Shown here in pieces: positions 48,490-62,150 of a stretch of DNA of 64,000 nucleotides. Under the pieces are notes generated by a model. The model made no database searches. It worked only from the letters and a program-made list of their open reading frames with translations, and was not told the origin of the DNA. The DNA comes from an uncultured Acidobacteriota bacterium (GTDB lineage Bacteria; Acidobacteriota; Vicinamibacteria; Vicinamibacterales; UBA2999), in assembly GCA_963786365.1 (NCBI GenBank), contig CAWAYR010000018.1:596078-660077 (forward strand). The letters run 5' to 3'. The position numbers and the translations under genes were made by a program. Each line of letters opens with the position of its first letter. Position 1 is the stretch's first letter.

Positions 48490-49283
48490 ATGCCGGTGGC
48501 CTCGCTCGACGCACCGGGCCTGGACGACTACCGCGACCTCGCGCAGCCCGATCGGCTGACCGCGCACGGGCTCTTCGTCGCCGAAGGGCGGCTGGTCGTC
48601 GCGCGGCTGGTCGCGCTCGGCACCTACCGCCTTCGCTCGCTGCTGCTGACGACCGCCGCCGCCGAGGCGATGGCCGACGTCGTGGCGCAGGTGCCGGCCG
48701 ACGTGCCGGTCTACGTCGTCGATCACGCCGTGATGAACGGGGTCGTCGGCTTCAACCTCCACCGCGGCTGCCTGGCCCTGGCCGAACGCCCGGCCCGGCG
48801 GACGCTCGAGGACGCCGACCTGGCCGTGAGCCGGCGCCTGCTCGTGCTCGAGGGCGTCAACAACCCCGACAACGTCGGCGGGTTGTTCCGCGCCGGCGCG
48901 GCGCTGGGCGCCGACCTCGTGGTGCTCGGGCGCGACTGCGGCGACCCGCTGTATCGCAAGGCCATCCGCACGTCGATGGCGGCCACGCTGAGCCTGCCCT
49001 ACCGGACGGCGACGCCGTGGCCGGACGCGCTCGCCGCCGTTCGGCGGGCGGGCCTGGCGGTGATTGCCTGCACGCCGGCGGCCGACACGCCGTCGCTCTA
49101 CGACGTGGCCCTGCCGGCACGGGCCGCGGTGCTGGTCGGCGCCGAAGGCCCGGCCTCTCGGCCGAGGCGCTGGCCCACGCCGACCTGTGCGTGCGCATCC
49201 CGATGCACGGCCAGATGGACTCGCTCAACGTCGCGACCGCCGCGGCGATCGTCTTGAGCGCGCTGGCGGCGCGGGGCCGCTGA
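48490..49283 (+). CDS. TrmH/SpoU family RNA methyltransferase (frameshifted)
   Basis: LEGVNNPDNVGGLFR, GAEG, IPM...DSLNVATAAAI. Confidence 0.9.
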
Positions 49284-49385
49284 CGACGATCCATCCGCTC
49301 GGTTGCCTCCCGATGCCGGCCGGCCACTTCGCAGCTGCCGGCGCGTCAAAATGGCTCAGCGGAACCTTCGACAACGGAGTGTGCC

Positions 49386-49647
49386 ATGACCACGCTGTCC
49401 CCATCCCGCGCGCGTGCTGGTCGCCGTCGCGATCCTCGCGTCCACTGTCGCGGCCATCGCGCAGTTCCCTCGAGACCCGGGGGTGACCGCCAGCCGAGCC
49501 ACGCATCGTCTCCGGTTCGGATTCCTCGGCTTCCGAGTCGACGGCACCGACCCGCGTTCGGGCAATCCGACCGGCGTGTGGGTGATCCGGGTGAACGGCC
49601 GCTGGGTCGAAGTCGCGGCCGCCTCGGGCATCAGGCCGGCGAAGTAA
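49386..49647 (+). CDS. Small exported hypothetical protein (frameshifted)
   Basis: GGAG RBS, signal-peptide-like segment, GFRVDG...PTGVWVIRVNGRWVE. Confidence 0.5.
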
Positions 49648-49657
49648 GCTCTGGCTC

Positions 49658-51950
<2,293 letters not shown>

Positions 51951-52037
51951 GGCCCGCGCATTATGGCAGCGCGCCGGCCGGCCCGGAAGCGCGCGCCGCG
52001 CACGCGGCCTTGTACAATGCGCCGGCGTGCGGCTGAC

Positions 52038-52642
52038 ATGCTGAGCGACCTCGGGGCCGCACTGCGGGCGTGGGCGGACGGCGCCGGGGCCGCACGGCGT
52101 CTTCGTGGTGGCGCTGGTGGACTCGGCGGGGCTGTCGGTGCCCAACGCCACCGACGCACTGGTCCTCTACCTCACCGTGCAGCACCCGGCACGCTGGTGG
52201 TGGTACGTGGCCGCCGGCATCGCCGGCGCGGTGCTGGGATCGCTGCCGCTCTACTGGATCGGGCGCCGCGGCGGCCAGGCGCTGCTGGAGCGCCGGTTCG
52301 GCGGCCAGCGCACGGCCGCCGCGGTGCGCTGGTACCGGCGCAGTGCCTTCGGCGCCGTCCTCGTCCCGGCGTTCCTGCCGCCGCCCCTGCCCTTCAAGAT
52401 CTTCGCGGTGCTGGCTGGCGCCACGGGCCTGCCGGTGTGGCGCTTCTGCCGGCGCTGGCCCTCGGTCGTGGCGCCCGGCACTGACCGAAGCGCTGACTGG
52501 CCGCAGCTTACGGCGAGCGCAGGCCATCGCCATGTTCGAGACCCAGGGCGCCGTCGATCGCGCGGTGGTCGTGGCGATCGCGGCGCTCGCCGTCACGGCC
52601 GCGGTCGCTCTGGCAGGCGCCGCCCGGACGCGTCGGCGATAA
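52038..52642 (+). CDS. DedA/VTT-domain membrane protein (frameshifted)
   Basis: [32 protein letters not shown]. Confidence 0.8.
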
Positions 52643-52653
52643 TCGAGTCACCC

Positions 52654-53397
52654 ATGCTGCCTGGCGCCGCGGTCGCCGACGGTCGACGTCTGGGTGGCCG
52701 CCTCTACCTCGCTCGACGCGCGCGATCTGGCGCGCCTGGCCACGCTGCTGACGCCCGACGAGACGGCGCGCGGCGCGCGCTTCGTTCGCCCGCAGGACCG
52801 CGCCAGCGTTCGTGCTCACGCGGGCCCTGGTGCGGACCACGCTGTCACGCTACGGACCGATCGCGCCTGCGCGACTGGCGCTTCGTCACCAACGCGCACG
52901 AGTGTCCGTTCGTGGCCGAGGCGCAGGCGGGATCGCCGGTGCTGCGCTTCAACGTCTCGCACACCGAACGGACTCGTCGCGCTGGCGGTGACGCGCGGCC
53001 ACCGCGTGGGCGTGGACGTGGAAGCCGTGACCCGGCCAGTGCTCGAGGGCGTGCCCGAGCGCCACTTCGCGCCCGACGAGGTGCGCGACCTGCGCGCGCT
53101 GCCCGCCGCCGAGCAGCCGCGGGTGTTCTTCGACTACTGGACGCTGAAGGAGGCGTACATCAAGGCCCGCGGGCTGGGCCTGGCGCTGCCGCTCGACCAG
53201 TTCGCGTTCACCTTGCGCACCGGGTCGCCGCCGGCGATTCGCTTCGCCGCCGGGTTCGACGACGACCCGGCGCGCTGGCAGTTCTGGCAGGCGTGGCCGA
53301 CCCCGACGCACCGGCTGGCACTGGCCGTCGAGCGCGACGGCGCCGACCTGCCGGTGGCCCTGCGACACGTGGCGCCCGGCGGCGCTCGCTGCCGTGA
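52654..53397 (+). CDS. Sfp-type 4'-phosphopantetheinyl transferase (frameshifted)
   Basis: FNVSHT, VGVDVE, FFDYWTLKEAYIKARGLGL. Confidence 0.92.
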   Translation: MLPGAAVADGRRLGGRLYLARRARSGAPGHAADARRDGARRALRSPAGPRQRSCSRGPWCGPRCHATDRSRLRDWRFVTNAHECPFVAEAQAGSPVLRFNVSHTERTRRAGGDARPPRGRGRGSRDPASARGRARAPLRARRGARPARAARRRAAAGVLRLLDAEGGVHQGPRAGPGAAARPVRVHLAHRVAAGDSLRRRVRRRPGALAVLAGVADPDAPAGTGRRARRRRPAGGPATRGARRRSLP

Positions 53398-54261
53398 CGG
53401 TCTGGGCCATCAGCGACCTGCACGTCGGCTTCGACGCCAACCGGCGCGCCGTCGAGGCGCTGCCGGCGCGGCCCGACGACTGGCTGATCGTCGCCGGCGA
53501 CACCGGCGACACGCTGGCGCAGCTCGAGTTCGTGCTCGACGTGACACGGCGCGCTTCGCGCGGGTCATCTGGACGCCGGGCAACCACGACCTGTGGACGC
53601 CGCGCCACTGGCCCGACGCCCGCCGCGGCGAGGCGCACTACCAGCGCCTGGTCGAGACCTGCCGCGGCGCGCGGCGTGGCCACGCCCGAGGATCCGTTCG
53701 TGGTGTGGCCGGGCCCGACGCCCGGTCGCCATCGCGCCGTGCTTCACGCTCTACGACTACTCGTTCGCGCCGGCCGGGCTGGCGCCCGACGCGGCCGTCG
53801 CCTGGGCGGCCGAGACCGGCGTGCACTGCGCCGACGAGGTGCTGCTGTCGCCGGCGCCGTACGCCACCCGTGGGGCGTGGTGCGACGCGCGCGTGGCCTA
53901 CACCGAGGCGCGGCTCGCCGCCGTGCCGCCGGCACGCGGCTCGCGCTGGTGAACCACTACCCGCTGCGTCCCGACCTGGCGGTGCTGCCGCGCATCCCGC
54001 GCTTCACGATCTGGTGCGGCACGACCCGGACCGCCGACTGGCACACGCGCTACCCGATCGACGTCGTCGTGTCGGGGCACCTCCACATGCGCAGCACGCG
54101 CTGGCGCGACGGCGTGCGCTTCGAGGAGGTGTCGCTCGGCTATCCGGCGCAGTGGCAGCAGGCACAAGGGCGCGACGCGCTATCTGCGGCAGATCCTGCC
54201 CGCGCGCCAGTCGCAGCGGCCGGGCTGGGGTGACGACCGGACGGTGGTCCGCCACCCCTAG
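53394..54261 (+). CDS. Calcineurin-like metallophosphoesterase resembling PptH/Rv2795c (frameshifted)
   Basis: AISDLH, IVAGD, PGNHDLW, TPEDP, LYDYSF, LVNHYPL, WCGT..TADWH, GHLH, RFEEVSLGYP, LRQILP; GTGA overlap with the PPTase stop. Confidence 0.8.
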
Positions 54262-54419
54262 CGCGGCCGTCCGGTGCGGCCCTGGCCGGCGACCAACCGT
54301 TTCAGGAGCCTCCGTGAAGCAGATCCCGGCCCGTCGCGGCGGTGCCATCCTACCGGCCCGCCATCCTCGAGGCGGTGCACGACGTCGCCGCGAGGGAGGA
54401 CAGGTTGGCACGAGTGCTC

Positions 54420-55931
54420 ATGCTGCTGCCACGACCGGTGGTCGCGGTCACCGGTCGCCGCGTTCCTGACCGCGCAGTGCGCCGCCCAGTGCCGACCTGC
54501 GCCGGCGCCACGGCGTTGCCGGACGTCGCAGGGCGGCCGCCCTGAAGCGCGCGCTCGAACATCTCGACCACGTCCCGGGCGAGGTCCTGGTGAAGTTCAA
54601 GGCCGGCACCGACGCGCGGCGCGCAGGCGGCGGTGATGGCGCTGGCCCCGGCGCCGATCGGCGGGCCGCGGTCTCCGGTGGGTCGGCGATCTGGCCGTGC
54701 TCAGCATCGACGCGGCGGCGCCGGTCGCTGCCGTCGCCGAGCGGCTGGCGCGTGAGCCGGAGGTGGAGTACGTCGCAGCCGAATCACCTCATTCGCCTCA
54801 GCTCGACGCCCAACGATCCCGGCCTGTCGCGGCAATGGAACTCTCAGCGCGATCGATGCGCCGCGGGCCTGGGACATCAACCCGGCGCCGCCGACGTGCT
54901 GGTGGCGGTGATCGACAGCGGCGTCACCACGCTGACCGGCAACGGTCAGCTACCGGCTGTGGACCGGCGAGCGGTTCGAGACGGTCGTCGTCCCCTACCG
55001 CGTCAATCCCGACCTCGACGCGTCGCGGTTCGCCGGCGGCCATCGACACCACGTTCACGCGTCTGGTCGATTTCGGGCGTGGCGACCCAGCCGGTCTTCG
55101 ACACCGATGGTCATGGCACCCACGTCGCCGGGACCATTCTCCAGGCGACCAACAACAGCCTCGGCTTCGCCGGCATCGCCTATGGGGCGCGGCTGATGTC
55201 CGTGAAGTCGTGCTTCTCGTACTGGGACTTGCAGTTCTTCGTGTCGGCGCTCGGCGAGCCCGGCTTCGTGCCGCCGTCGTTCGACGGCGGCATGTGCCAC
55301 CGCCGACGTCGTCGCCGCGCATCCGGGCCGCCGCCGACGCCGGCGCCAAGGTCATCAACCTCAGCCTCGGCGGTCCTGGCCCGGCGCCGGCCTATACCGA
55401 CGCCATCGAACTACGCCGTGCAGCGCGGCGCCTTCGTCGCCATCGCCGTGGGGAACGAGCTTCGAGGACGGCAACCCGATCGAGTATCCCGCCGCCTACG
55501 CCGCCGCAGATCGCCGGCGTCGATGTCGGTCGGCGCGGTCGGCCGCAGCCTGCGGCGCGCCTTCTACTCGAACACCGGCAGCTCACCTCGAAATCGTCGC
55601 GCCGGGCGGCGACCGCCGCGACGGCGGCAGCAGCGGTCTGATCTTCCAGACCGGGCCTGTTCGAGCCAGACTTCGATCCGGCGACGGTCGTCAGCCCGCG
55701 CTTCGACCGCTATGCCGACGCGCGCGAAACAAGGCACGTCGATGGCGTCGCCGCACGTCGCCGGCCTGGCCGCGCTGCTCTACTCGCAGGGCGTGACCAG
55801 TCCGGCCGCCATCGAAGCCGCCCTCAAGCAGTTCGCGCGCGACCTCGGCGATCCCGGCACCGACGCGCAGTACGGCGCCGGGCTCGATCGACGCGCGCGC
55901 GACGCTGCGCGGACTGGGGATCGCGCGATGA
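54420..55931 (+). CDS. S8 family subtilisin-like serine peptidase (many frameshifts; start approximate)
   Basis: Catalytic triad motifs VAVIDSG, GHGTHVAGT, GTSMASPHVAG. Confidence 0.9.
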
Positions 55932-56892
55932 CCCGCCTGCTTCGGCGTGGTCGCCACGGTGTGGTGCATGAGCGCGGTCATGCCGTCGCCGGCCGACGCG
56001 CACGCCCAAAGTGTCTTCGGCGAACGGCGCGCTGGTCGTCGCCGACGGCGTCCGATCTACCTGCTGCCCGACGCGACGCGCACGCCGCTGCGCACCCTGG
56101 CCGCTGGGCAGCCCTTGACGTTGCTGGCCAGGAAGGGCGACTGGTTCCAGGTGACCTTCGAGGACGCGCAGCTCGGCCACCGCACCGGATGGATCGAGGC
56201 GCGATTCGTGCGCATGCGCCCGGCCGACACACCCGGCGAAACGCCCGCGGCCGGCCAGCCGGCACCGCCAGCCGGTCCCGCCCAGCCCGGCCAGCCAGAA
56301 GGCGGCGGCCCAGCCGCCGCGCCCGGCGACGGCGATCGGCGTGCGGGCGTTCGGCGGCGGCGCGGTCACCAGGATGTCGGCCAGCAAGAGCTTCGACGCC
56401 GTCACCGGCTCCGACGTCGTCTGGTCGTACGGCGGCGGGGTCCAGGTCACCAACCTGTGGCGCGGCCTGTTCATCGAAGGCGGCGATGCGAACGCGGCAC
56501 CGTCGACGGCGAGCGCGTCTTCGCCGTCGCCGACGAGGTGTTCCCGCTCGGCATCCCGCTGCAGGTGACGATGATGCCGGTCGACGCGGTCGCTCGGCTG
56601 GCGCGTCGGACGCGACCGCCTGACCACCTATGTCGGAGGCGGCCTCACGATCTTCCGCTACGAGGAGACGTCGGACTTCGCCGACGCCGACGAGAACGTC
56701 GACGACGGTACCTCGGCTTCGTGGTGATGGGCGGCGTCGAAGTGTCCTTGACGCCGCTGGCTGCACGTGCGCGGCGACGTCCGCTATCGCCAGGTGAACG
56801 ACGCGCTCGGCCTCGGCGGCGTGTCGGAGCATTTCGACGAGGACCGCCTCGGCGGATTCGGGGCCGGTCTGCAGCTCGTCATCGGCCGTTGA
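55928..56892 (+). CDS. SH3-like domain plus Pro-rich linker plus outer-membrane beta-barrel protein (frameshifted)
   Basis: LTLLARKGDWFQV...GWIEARFV SH3b-like motif; YGGGVQV and YVGGG barrel strands. Confidence 0.65.
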
Positions 56893-56919
56893 CCAGCGCG
56901 GATGGCTACAATGGGGGCC

Positions 56920-57813
56920 ATGCGCATCCCCTGCTCTCGCCGTCGGTCTGACCTTGGGTTGGCCCACTCGCCGCGGCGCGCAAGCGCCCGGGAAGTTCGC
57001 CCGTCCCGAGCTGCTGGTCGACGCGGCAGTGGCTGGCCGCGACACCTGTCCGAGCCCAACCAGCGGATCGTCGACATGCGGCCACGCGGCTTCGACGACG
57101 GCCACATCCCCGGGGCGGTCTGGCTCGACAACAACGCCATCCGCGTGCCCAACCGCCCGCCGACCTTCCTGCCCACGCCCGAGGAGTTCTCGGCGCTGAT
57201 GCGGCGCCTCGGGATTTCGAACCAGACCCGGGTCATCGCCTACGACGAGCGTGGCGGCATCTACGCCACGCGGCTGTGGTGGATCCTGAACCACTACGGC
57301 CACGCCAACGTCGCCGTGCTCGACGGCGGCTGGACCAAGTGGACCGCCGACCAGCGGGTCACGACCACGGCTGCGCCGCCGCCGGTGACCGCGACCTTCA
57401 CCGTCAAGCCGGGCACGGTCGGCGTGGCCACCGCCGACGACGTCAAGGCGGCGATCAACAACCCGGCGCGTGAAGCTCATCGACGCCCGGACGCAGAACG
57501 AAATCGACGGCAAGGACCTGCGCGGCATCAAGCGCGGCGGCTTCATCGAGTCGTCGATTCCGGTGTACTGGGAAGACACGCTGGTATCCGGCGCTGCACG
57601 TTCAAGTCGCCGGCCGAGATCGCCGCCGTGTGGCGCGGCAAGGGCGTGCTGCAGGCCGACAACGTGCTGGTCTACTGCCAGGTGGGCATGCGCGCCAGTC
57701 ACGACCTCTTCACGCTGGCGCTGCTCGGCCACGACCTCACCAAGCTGCGCAACTACTACGGCGCCTGGGAGGAATGGGGCAACCGCGACGACACGCCGAT
57801 TCGCACGAAGTAA
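56920..57813 (+). CDS. Two-domain rhodanese / sulfurtransferase (frameshifted)
   Basis: GHIPGA, RLWWIL..YGH..VAVLDGG, YCQVGMRAS, NYYGAWEEWG. Confidence 0.9.
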   Translation: MRIPCSRRRSDLGLAHSPRRASAREVRPSRAAGRRGSGWPRHLSEPNQRIVDMRPRGFDDGHIPGAVWLDNNAIRVPNRPPTFLPTPEEFSALMRRLGISNQTRVIAYDERGGIYATRLWWILNHYGHANVAVLDGGWTKWTADQRVTTTAAPPPVTATFTVKPGTVGVATADDVKAAINNPAREAHRRPDAERNRRQGPARHQARRLHRVVDSGVLGRHAGIRRCTFKSPAEIAAVWRGKGVLQADNVLVYCQVGMRASHDLFTLALLGHDLTKLRNYYGAWEEWGNRDDTPIRTK

Positions 57814-57850
57814 CGGTGCCGGGACCGGGGATCAGCGACCAGGGAACGAC

Positions 57851-58072
57851 ATGAACACGACCACGCCCACGCAGAGCGTCATCGCGCGGTTCCTGACCGG
57901 GCTGGCGACGCCCCGGCTGTTCCTCGTGGCCGCGGCCTTGCTGGGGCTGGATCTGCTGATTCCCGATTTCATCCCGTTCGTCGACGAGGCGCTGCTGGCC
58001 ATTCTCACGCTCATTTTCGCGCGGCGGAAGACCCGAGCCGTAAGACGCCGCGCCGACTCGCGCCGGCCTTGA
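57851..58072 (+). CDS. Small membrane protein, DUF6116-like
   Basis: PRLFL...LDLLIPDFIPFVDEALL motif. Confidence 0.7.
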   Translation: MNTTTPTQSVIARFLTGLATPRLFLVAAALLGLDLLIPDFIPFVDEALLAILTLIFARRKTRAVRRRADSRRP

Positions 58073-58097
58073 CTGCCCGCCTGGGCTCCCCTATCGT
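58069..58097 (+). promoter_or_regulatory. Sigma70-type promoter candidate for ggt
   Basis: TTGACT-N17-TATCGT followed by GGAGG RBS and ATG at 58121. Confidence 0.55.
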
Positions 58098-58120
58098 CGT
58101 CAATGCCCGGGAGGCATCAG

Positions 58121-59820
58121 ATGCATGACCGCCGTGTCGTCGCGACCGTGGTGGCGCTCGCTTTCGCCACCGTCACTCTCACGCTCGAAGCCGGCAACAC
58201 GCCCAGCCGCGCCCGCAAGGCCATGGTCGTGTCGCAGAGCGACATCGCGTCGGAGGTCGGCTGGAAGGTGATGCGCGAGGGCGGCAACGCCATCGACGGC
58301 GCCGTCGCCACCGCCTTCGCGCTGGCGGTCACCCACCCCGCCGCCGGCAACATCGGCGGCGGCGGCTTCATCGTCTACCGGGCGGCCGATGGCACCGCCA
58401 CCGCCTTCGACTTCCGCGAGATGGCGCCGGCCGGCTCGAGCCCGACGATGTGGATGAAGGACGGCAAGTACGACTACGACGTCCACCACAACACCCATCG
58501 ATCGGTCGGCGTCCCCGGCTCCGTTGCCGGGCCTGCACCTGGCCTGGCAGAAGCTCGGCTGCAAGCCGTGGAAGGATCTGGTGACGCCGGCGGTGGCGCT
58601 GGCCCGCGACGGCTTCGAGGTCAGCGACGGGTTGGCGCAGTCGCTCGAACGCTAGTCGATCCCGACGAGTTCAAGAAGTATCCGGCCTCGCTCGCCCAGT
58701 TCTCGAAGAACGGCCAGCCGTACCAGCCGGGCGAGACGCTGAAGCAGCCGGACCTGGCCCGCACGCTGCAGCGCATCGCCGATCAGGGCCCGGCCGGCTT
58801 CTACGAGGGCGAGACCGCGGCGCTGCATCGAGAAGGAGATGAAGGCCAACGACGGCCTCATCACCCGCGACGATCTCAAGGCCTACCGCGCCAAGGAACG
58901 CGCGCCGATCAAGGGCACCTATCGCGGCCTCGAGGTCATCGGCATGCCGCCGCCCAGCTCCGGGGGCATCGCGGTCGTGCACATGCTGAACGTGCTCGAA
59001 GGCTTCGACCTGAAGGCCAACGGCTACGGCTCGGCCCAGAACGCTCCACCTGGTCGCCGAGTCGATGCGCCGGGCCTTCGCCGACCGCGCCCAGCACCTC
59101 GGCGACCCCGACTTCGTCGGCAACATCCCGGTGGCCCAGCTCATCTCCAAGGACTACGCGACGCAGGTGCGCAAGACCATCAACCCGAACAAGGCCTCGG
59201 TGTCGTCGCCGTCGACGTTCTCGTGGCCGACCGAGTCGCAGGAGACGACGCACCTGTCGGTGGTCGACGAGAAGCGCAACGCCGTGTCGATGACCTACAC
59301 GCTCGAGTACAGCTACGGCTCGCGCATCGTGGTGCCGGGCGGCGGGTTCCTGCTCAACAACGAGATGGGCGACTTCAACTCGGCGCCCGAGATGACCGAC
59401 GAGCGCGGCAACATCGGCACCAAGCCGAACCTGGCCGTGCCCGGCAAGCGGATGCTGTCGAGCATGTCGCCGACCATCCTGGCCAAGGACGGCAAGCTGT
59501 TCATGGTCACCGGCTCACCCGGCGGCCGGACGATCATCAACACCGTGCTGATGACCATCCTGAACGTCGTCGACTTCGGCATGAACGCGCAGGAGGCCGT
59601 CGACGCCGGCCGCATGCACCACCAGTGGCTGCCCGACCGGCTGAGCATGGAACGCTACGGCTTCTCGGCCGACACCATCGCCAAGCTCAAGGCGATGGGC
59701 CACACCATCGCCGAGGGCGGCGACCAGGGCGTCGCCGAGGTGATTGTCGTCGGCGAGGACGGCGTGCTGGAAGGCGGCCTCGATCGCCGCGCGCCCGACG
59801 GCGGCGCCGCCGGCAAGTAG
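58121..59820 (+). CDS. ggt: Gamma-glutamyltransferase (frameshifted)
   Basis: GGNAIDGAVA, GNIGGGGF, DFREMAP, ETTHLSVVD, LLNNEMGDF, PGKRMLSSMSP, GSPGG, HHQWLPD. Confidence 0.95.
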
Positions 59821-59842
59821 CGCTCGACACGGAGGGCGGCGG

Positions 59843-61178
59843 GTGACCAGCGCTCGCGACCGCCGCCGCGGGCACGGACGCGGCTGGGTCGTGGCGCTGT
59901 ATGTCGTCGGTGCCGCCGCTGCCGGGCCAGGCGGCGTGGCCCAGACGCCTGCGGTGAACGACTGGCGGACGGCGCCGGTCGAGGCGTGGCTCCGCGTCGT
60001 CGAAGGCCACGCGCCGGGCATCCTCGACAGCGAACTGCTCGCGGCCGCGAGCTGGACGCTCGACGACCTGCGCGCCAACTGGATCGGCGTGAGCGTCGTC
60101 ATCGCGGCGGCGACCACGACGAAGCGGTCCGGGTTCGACGTCGACGCCGCTCGACCTGGCGGCGCGGCCGCGGCGCGACGCTTCGCTGCGGATTGGACTG
60201 AGCCGGGCGGAACGTCGGGACCTGGAACGAATCGTCTCCACGGGTGCACGCGCTGGGTGTCGCTCGGTGCTCAGGCGCGCGGTGGTGGTGCACACGGATC
60301 TCGTGACGATGATCCCGCAGCTGGCCCGCGCGTCGTCCGAACCCGTCGGCGCGCGGCGCCCCGGTCCGCATGAACGCCGGCGACGGCACGCGGCGCTGGC
60401 TTCGAGGGTCTCAGCGTCCACTGGGAGGTCGCGCGGCAGATGCTCGGTCTGCTGCCGCCGTCTGCTGATGCCGACCGCTTCGCGTGCGCTGGTTCCGGGC
60501 CACCATCGCGGTCGGGCAGCGTCAGGAGTTCTTCGACGGGCGCCACCTCATGCGAGGGGCGGCGGCGGTGTCCCGACGACCCCTCGCTGCTCTTTCTGGC
60601 CGGCGCCGAGCGTGAAGCGATGGCGTCGACGTTCTTCCAGGCGTTCGCGCGTTCGATGCGAGGATCGGCCATCCGGCCGGACATCGACGGTGCCAGCGTG
60701 GAGCTCGAGGCCGCGGACCGCTACTATCGGGGGGCGCTGCGACGTGACGCGAGCCTGCACGAAGCGCGGGTGCGGCTCGGGCGCGTGCTCATCGACCGCG
60801 GTCGACGCCGAGGAGGCCGCCGGTGAACTTCGCGCCGCCCTCGCGGCGCCGCTCGAACCGGTGATCGAGTACCTGGCCGCGCTGTTCCTCGGCTCGGCGC
60901 TCGAGGCCACCGGACGGCTCGCCGACGCCCGCGACGCCTATCGCCGCGCCGCGGCGCTGACCCCGGCGGCGCCGCGCGCCGCATCTCGCTCTGGCCCGCG
61001 TGGCGCTCGCGCTCGGTGAATCCGAGATCATTGCCGACAGCCTCGACCACGCTCTTCGCGACGTGGAGACGGGTGCTCCGGACGACCCGTGGCTGGAGCT
61101 ACCGCAGCGTGCAGGCCCGGCACGCCGAGGTCTGGCTGGAACGAGGTCCGCAGGACCGCCGCGGAGAGCCGGCAGTGA
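59843..61178 (+). CDS. Tetratricopeptide-repeat-like exported protein (many frameshifts)
   Basis: YRGALRRDASLHEARVRLGRVL and YLAALFLG..LEATGRLADARDAYRRAAAL TPR-like helices. Confidence 0.6.
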
Positions 61179-62040
61179 GCGCCGCTGGCTGGCTGTCGCG
61201 GCCGTGGTGGCATCGGACTCGCCGGCGCCGCCAGCGTGGCGCAGAGCCCAGATTTCCGCGCGCGGGTGGACGGTGTGCGCGATCGATGTCCTGGTCACGG
61301 AAAACGGACGGCCGGTGACCGCCTTGTCCGCCGCGGACTTCGAGGTCCGCGACAATGGCGTGCCTCAGACGATCGATCTGGTCAGCCTGAGCGACGTCGG
61401 CGTGAGCGTCGTGCTCGCGCTCGACCTCAGCGCCAGTGTCGACGGTCCCCGGCTGCCGGTGCTGCGGCGTGCCGGGTACACGCTGATCGATGCGCTGACC
61501 GCGAGGGACGCGGCCGCGCTGGTGACGTTCAATCGAGCGGCGGTGCTCAGGGTGCCGCTGACCGACGGCCCTCGATCGTGTTCGCGCCGCACTCGCCGCG
61601 GCGACGGCACGACGGCCACACCGCTCTCATCGACGCCACGCAGGCCGCCCTGCTCCTGGGAGCGACCGACGGCAGCCGCAACCTCGTCATGGTATTCAGC
61701 GACGGCGTCGATACCGCGAGCTACACGCCGGCAGCCGTGGTCGTCGAGGCGGCCCGCCGTGCCAACAGCGTGGTCTACGCCCTGTCCGACGAGCGACGAT
61801 GCCACACCGTTCCTGCGCGACGTGTCCAGCGCCACCGGCGGGCGGGTAATCGAAGTCGATCAGGACGACGACCCGGACCGGCCTTTCTCGAGGTGCTGCG
61901 CGAGTTCCGCCGGCGCTATGTCGTCACCTACACGCCGAGCGGCGTGGCAAGCCGGCGGCTGGCACCGACTCGACGTCCGTGTCGCTCGCGGGAACGCGCG
62001 GGTCCGCACCCGGCCCGGCTATTTCTCGGCGGCGCCGTGA
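61175..62040 (+). CDS. VWA domain protein, acidobacterial VWFA-related type (frameshifted)
   Basis: DFEVRDNGVPQ, LALDLSAS MIDAS, FSDGVD, TGG, YVVTYTP, RTRPGYF. Confidence 0.82.
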
Positions 62041-62150
62041 TCCGCTGCTGCGCGCCGACACGACCGGTCGAGTGCGGCAATCCTGGACCTGAACCATCGG
62101 ACTGGCGTGTCGCCGAGCCCGGCGCGAGGCGCTGCCGCCTCACCGGACGC

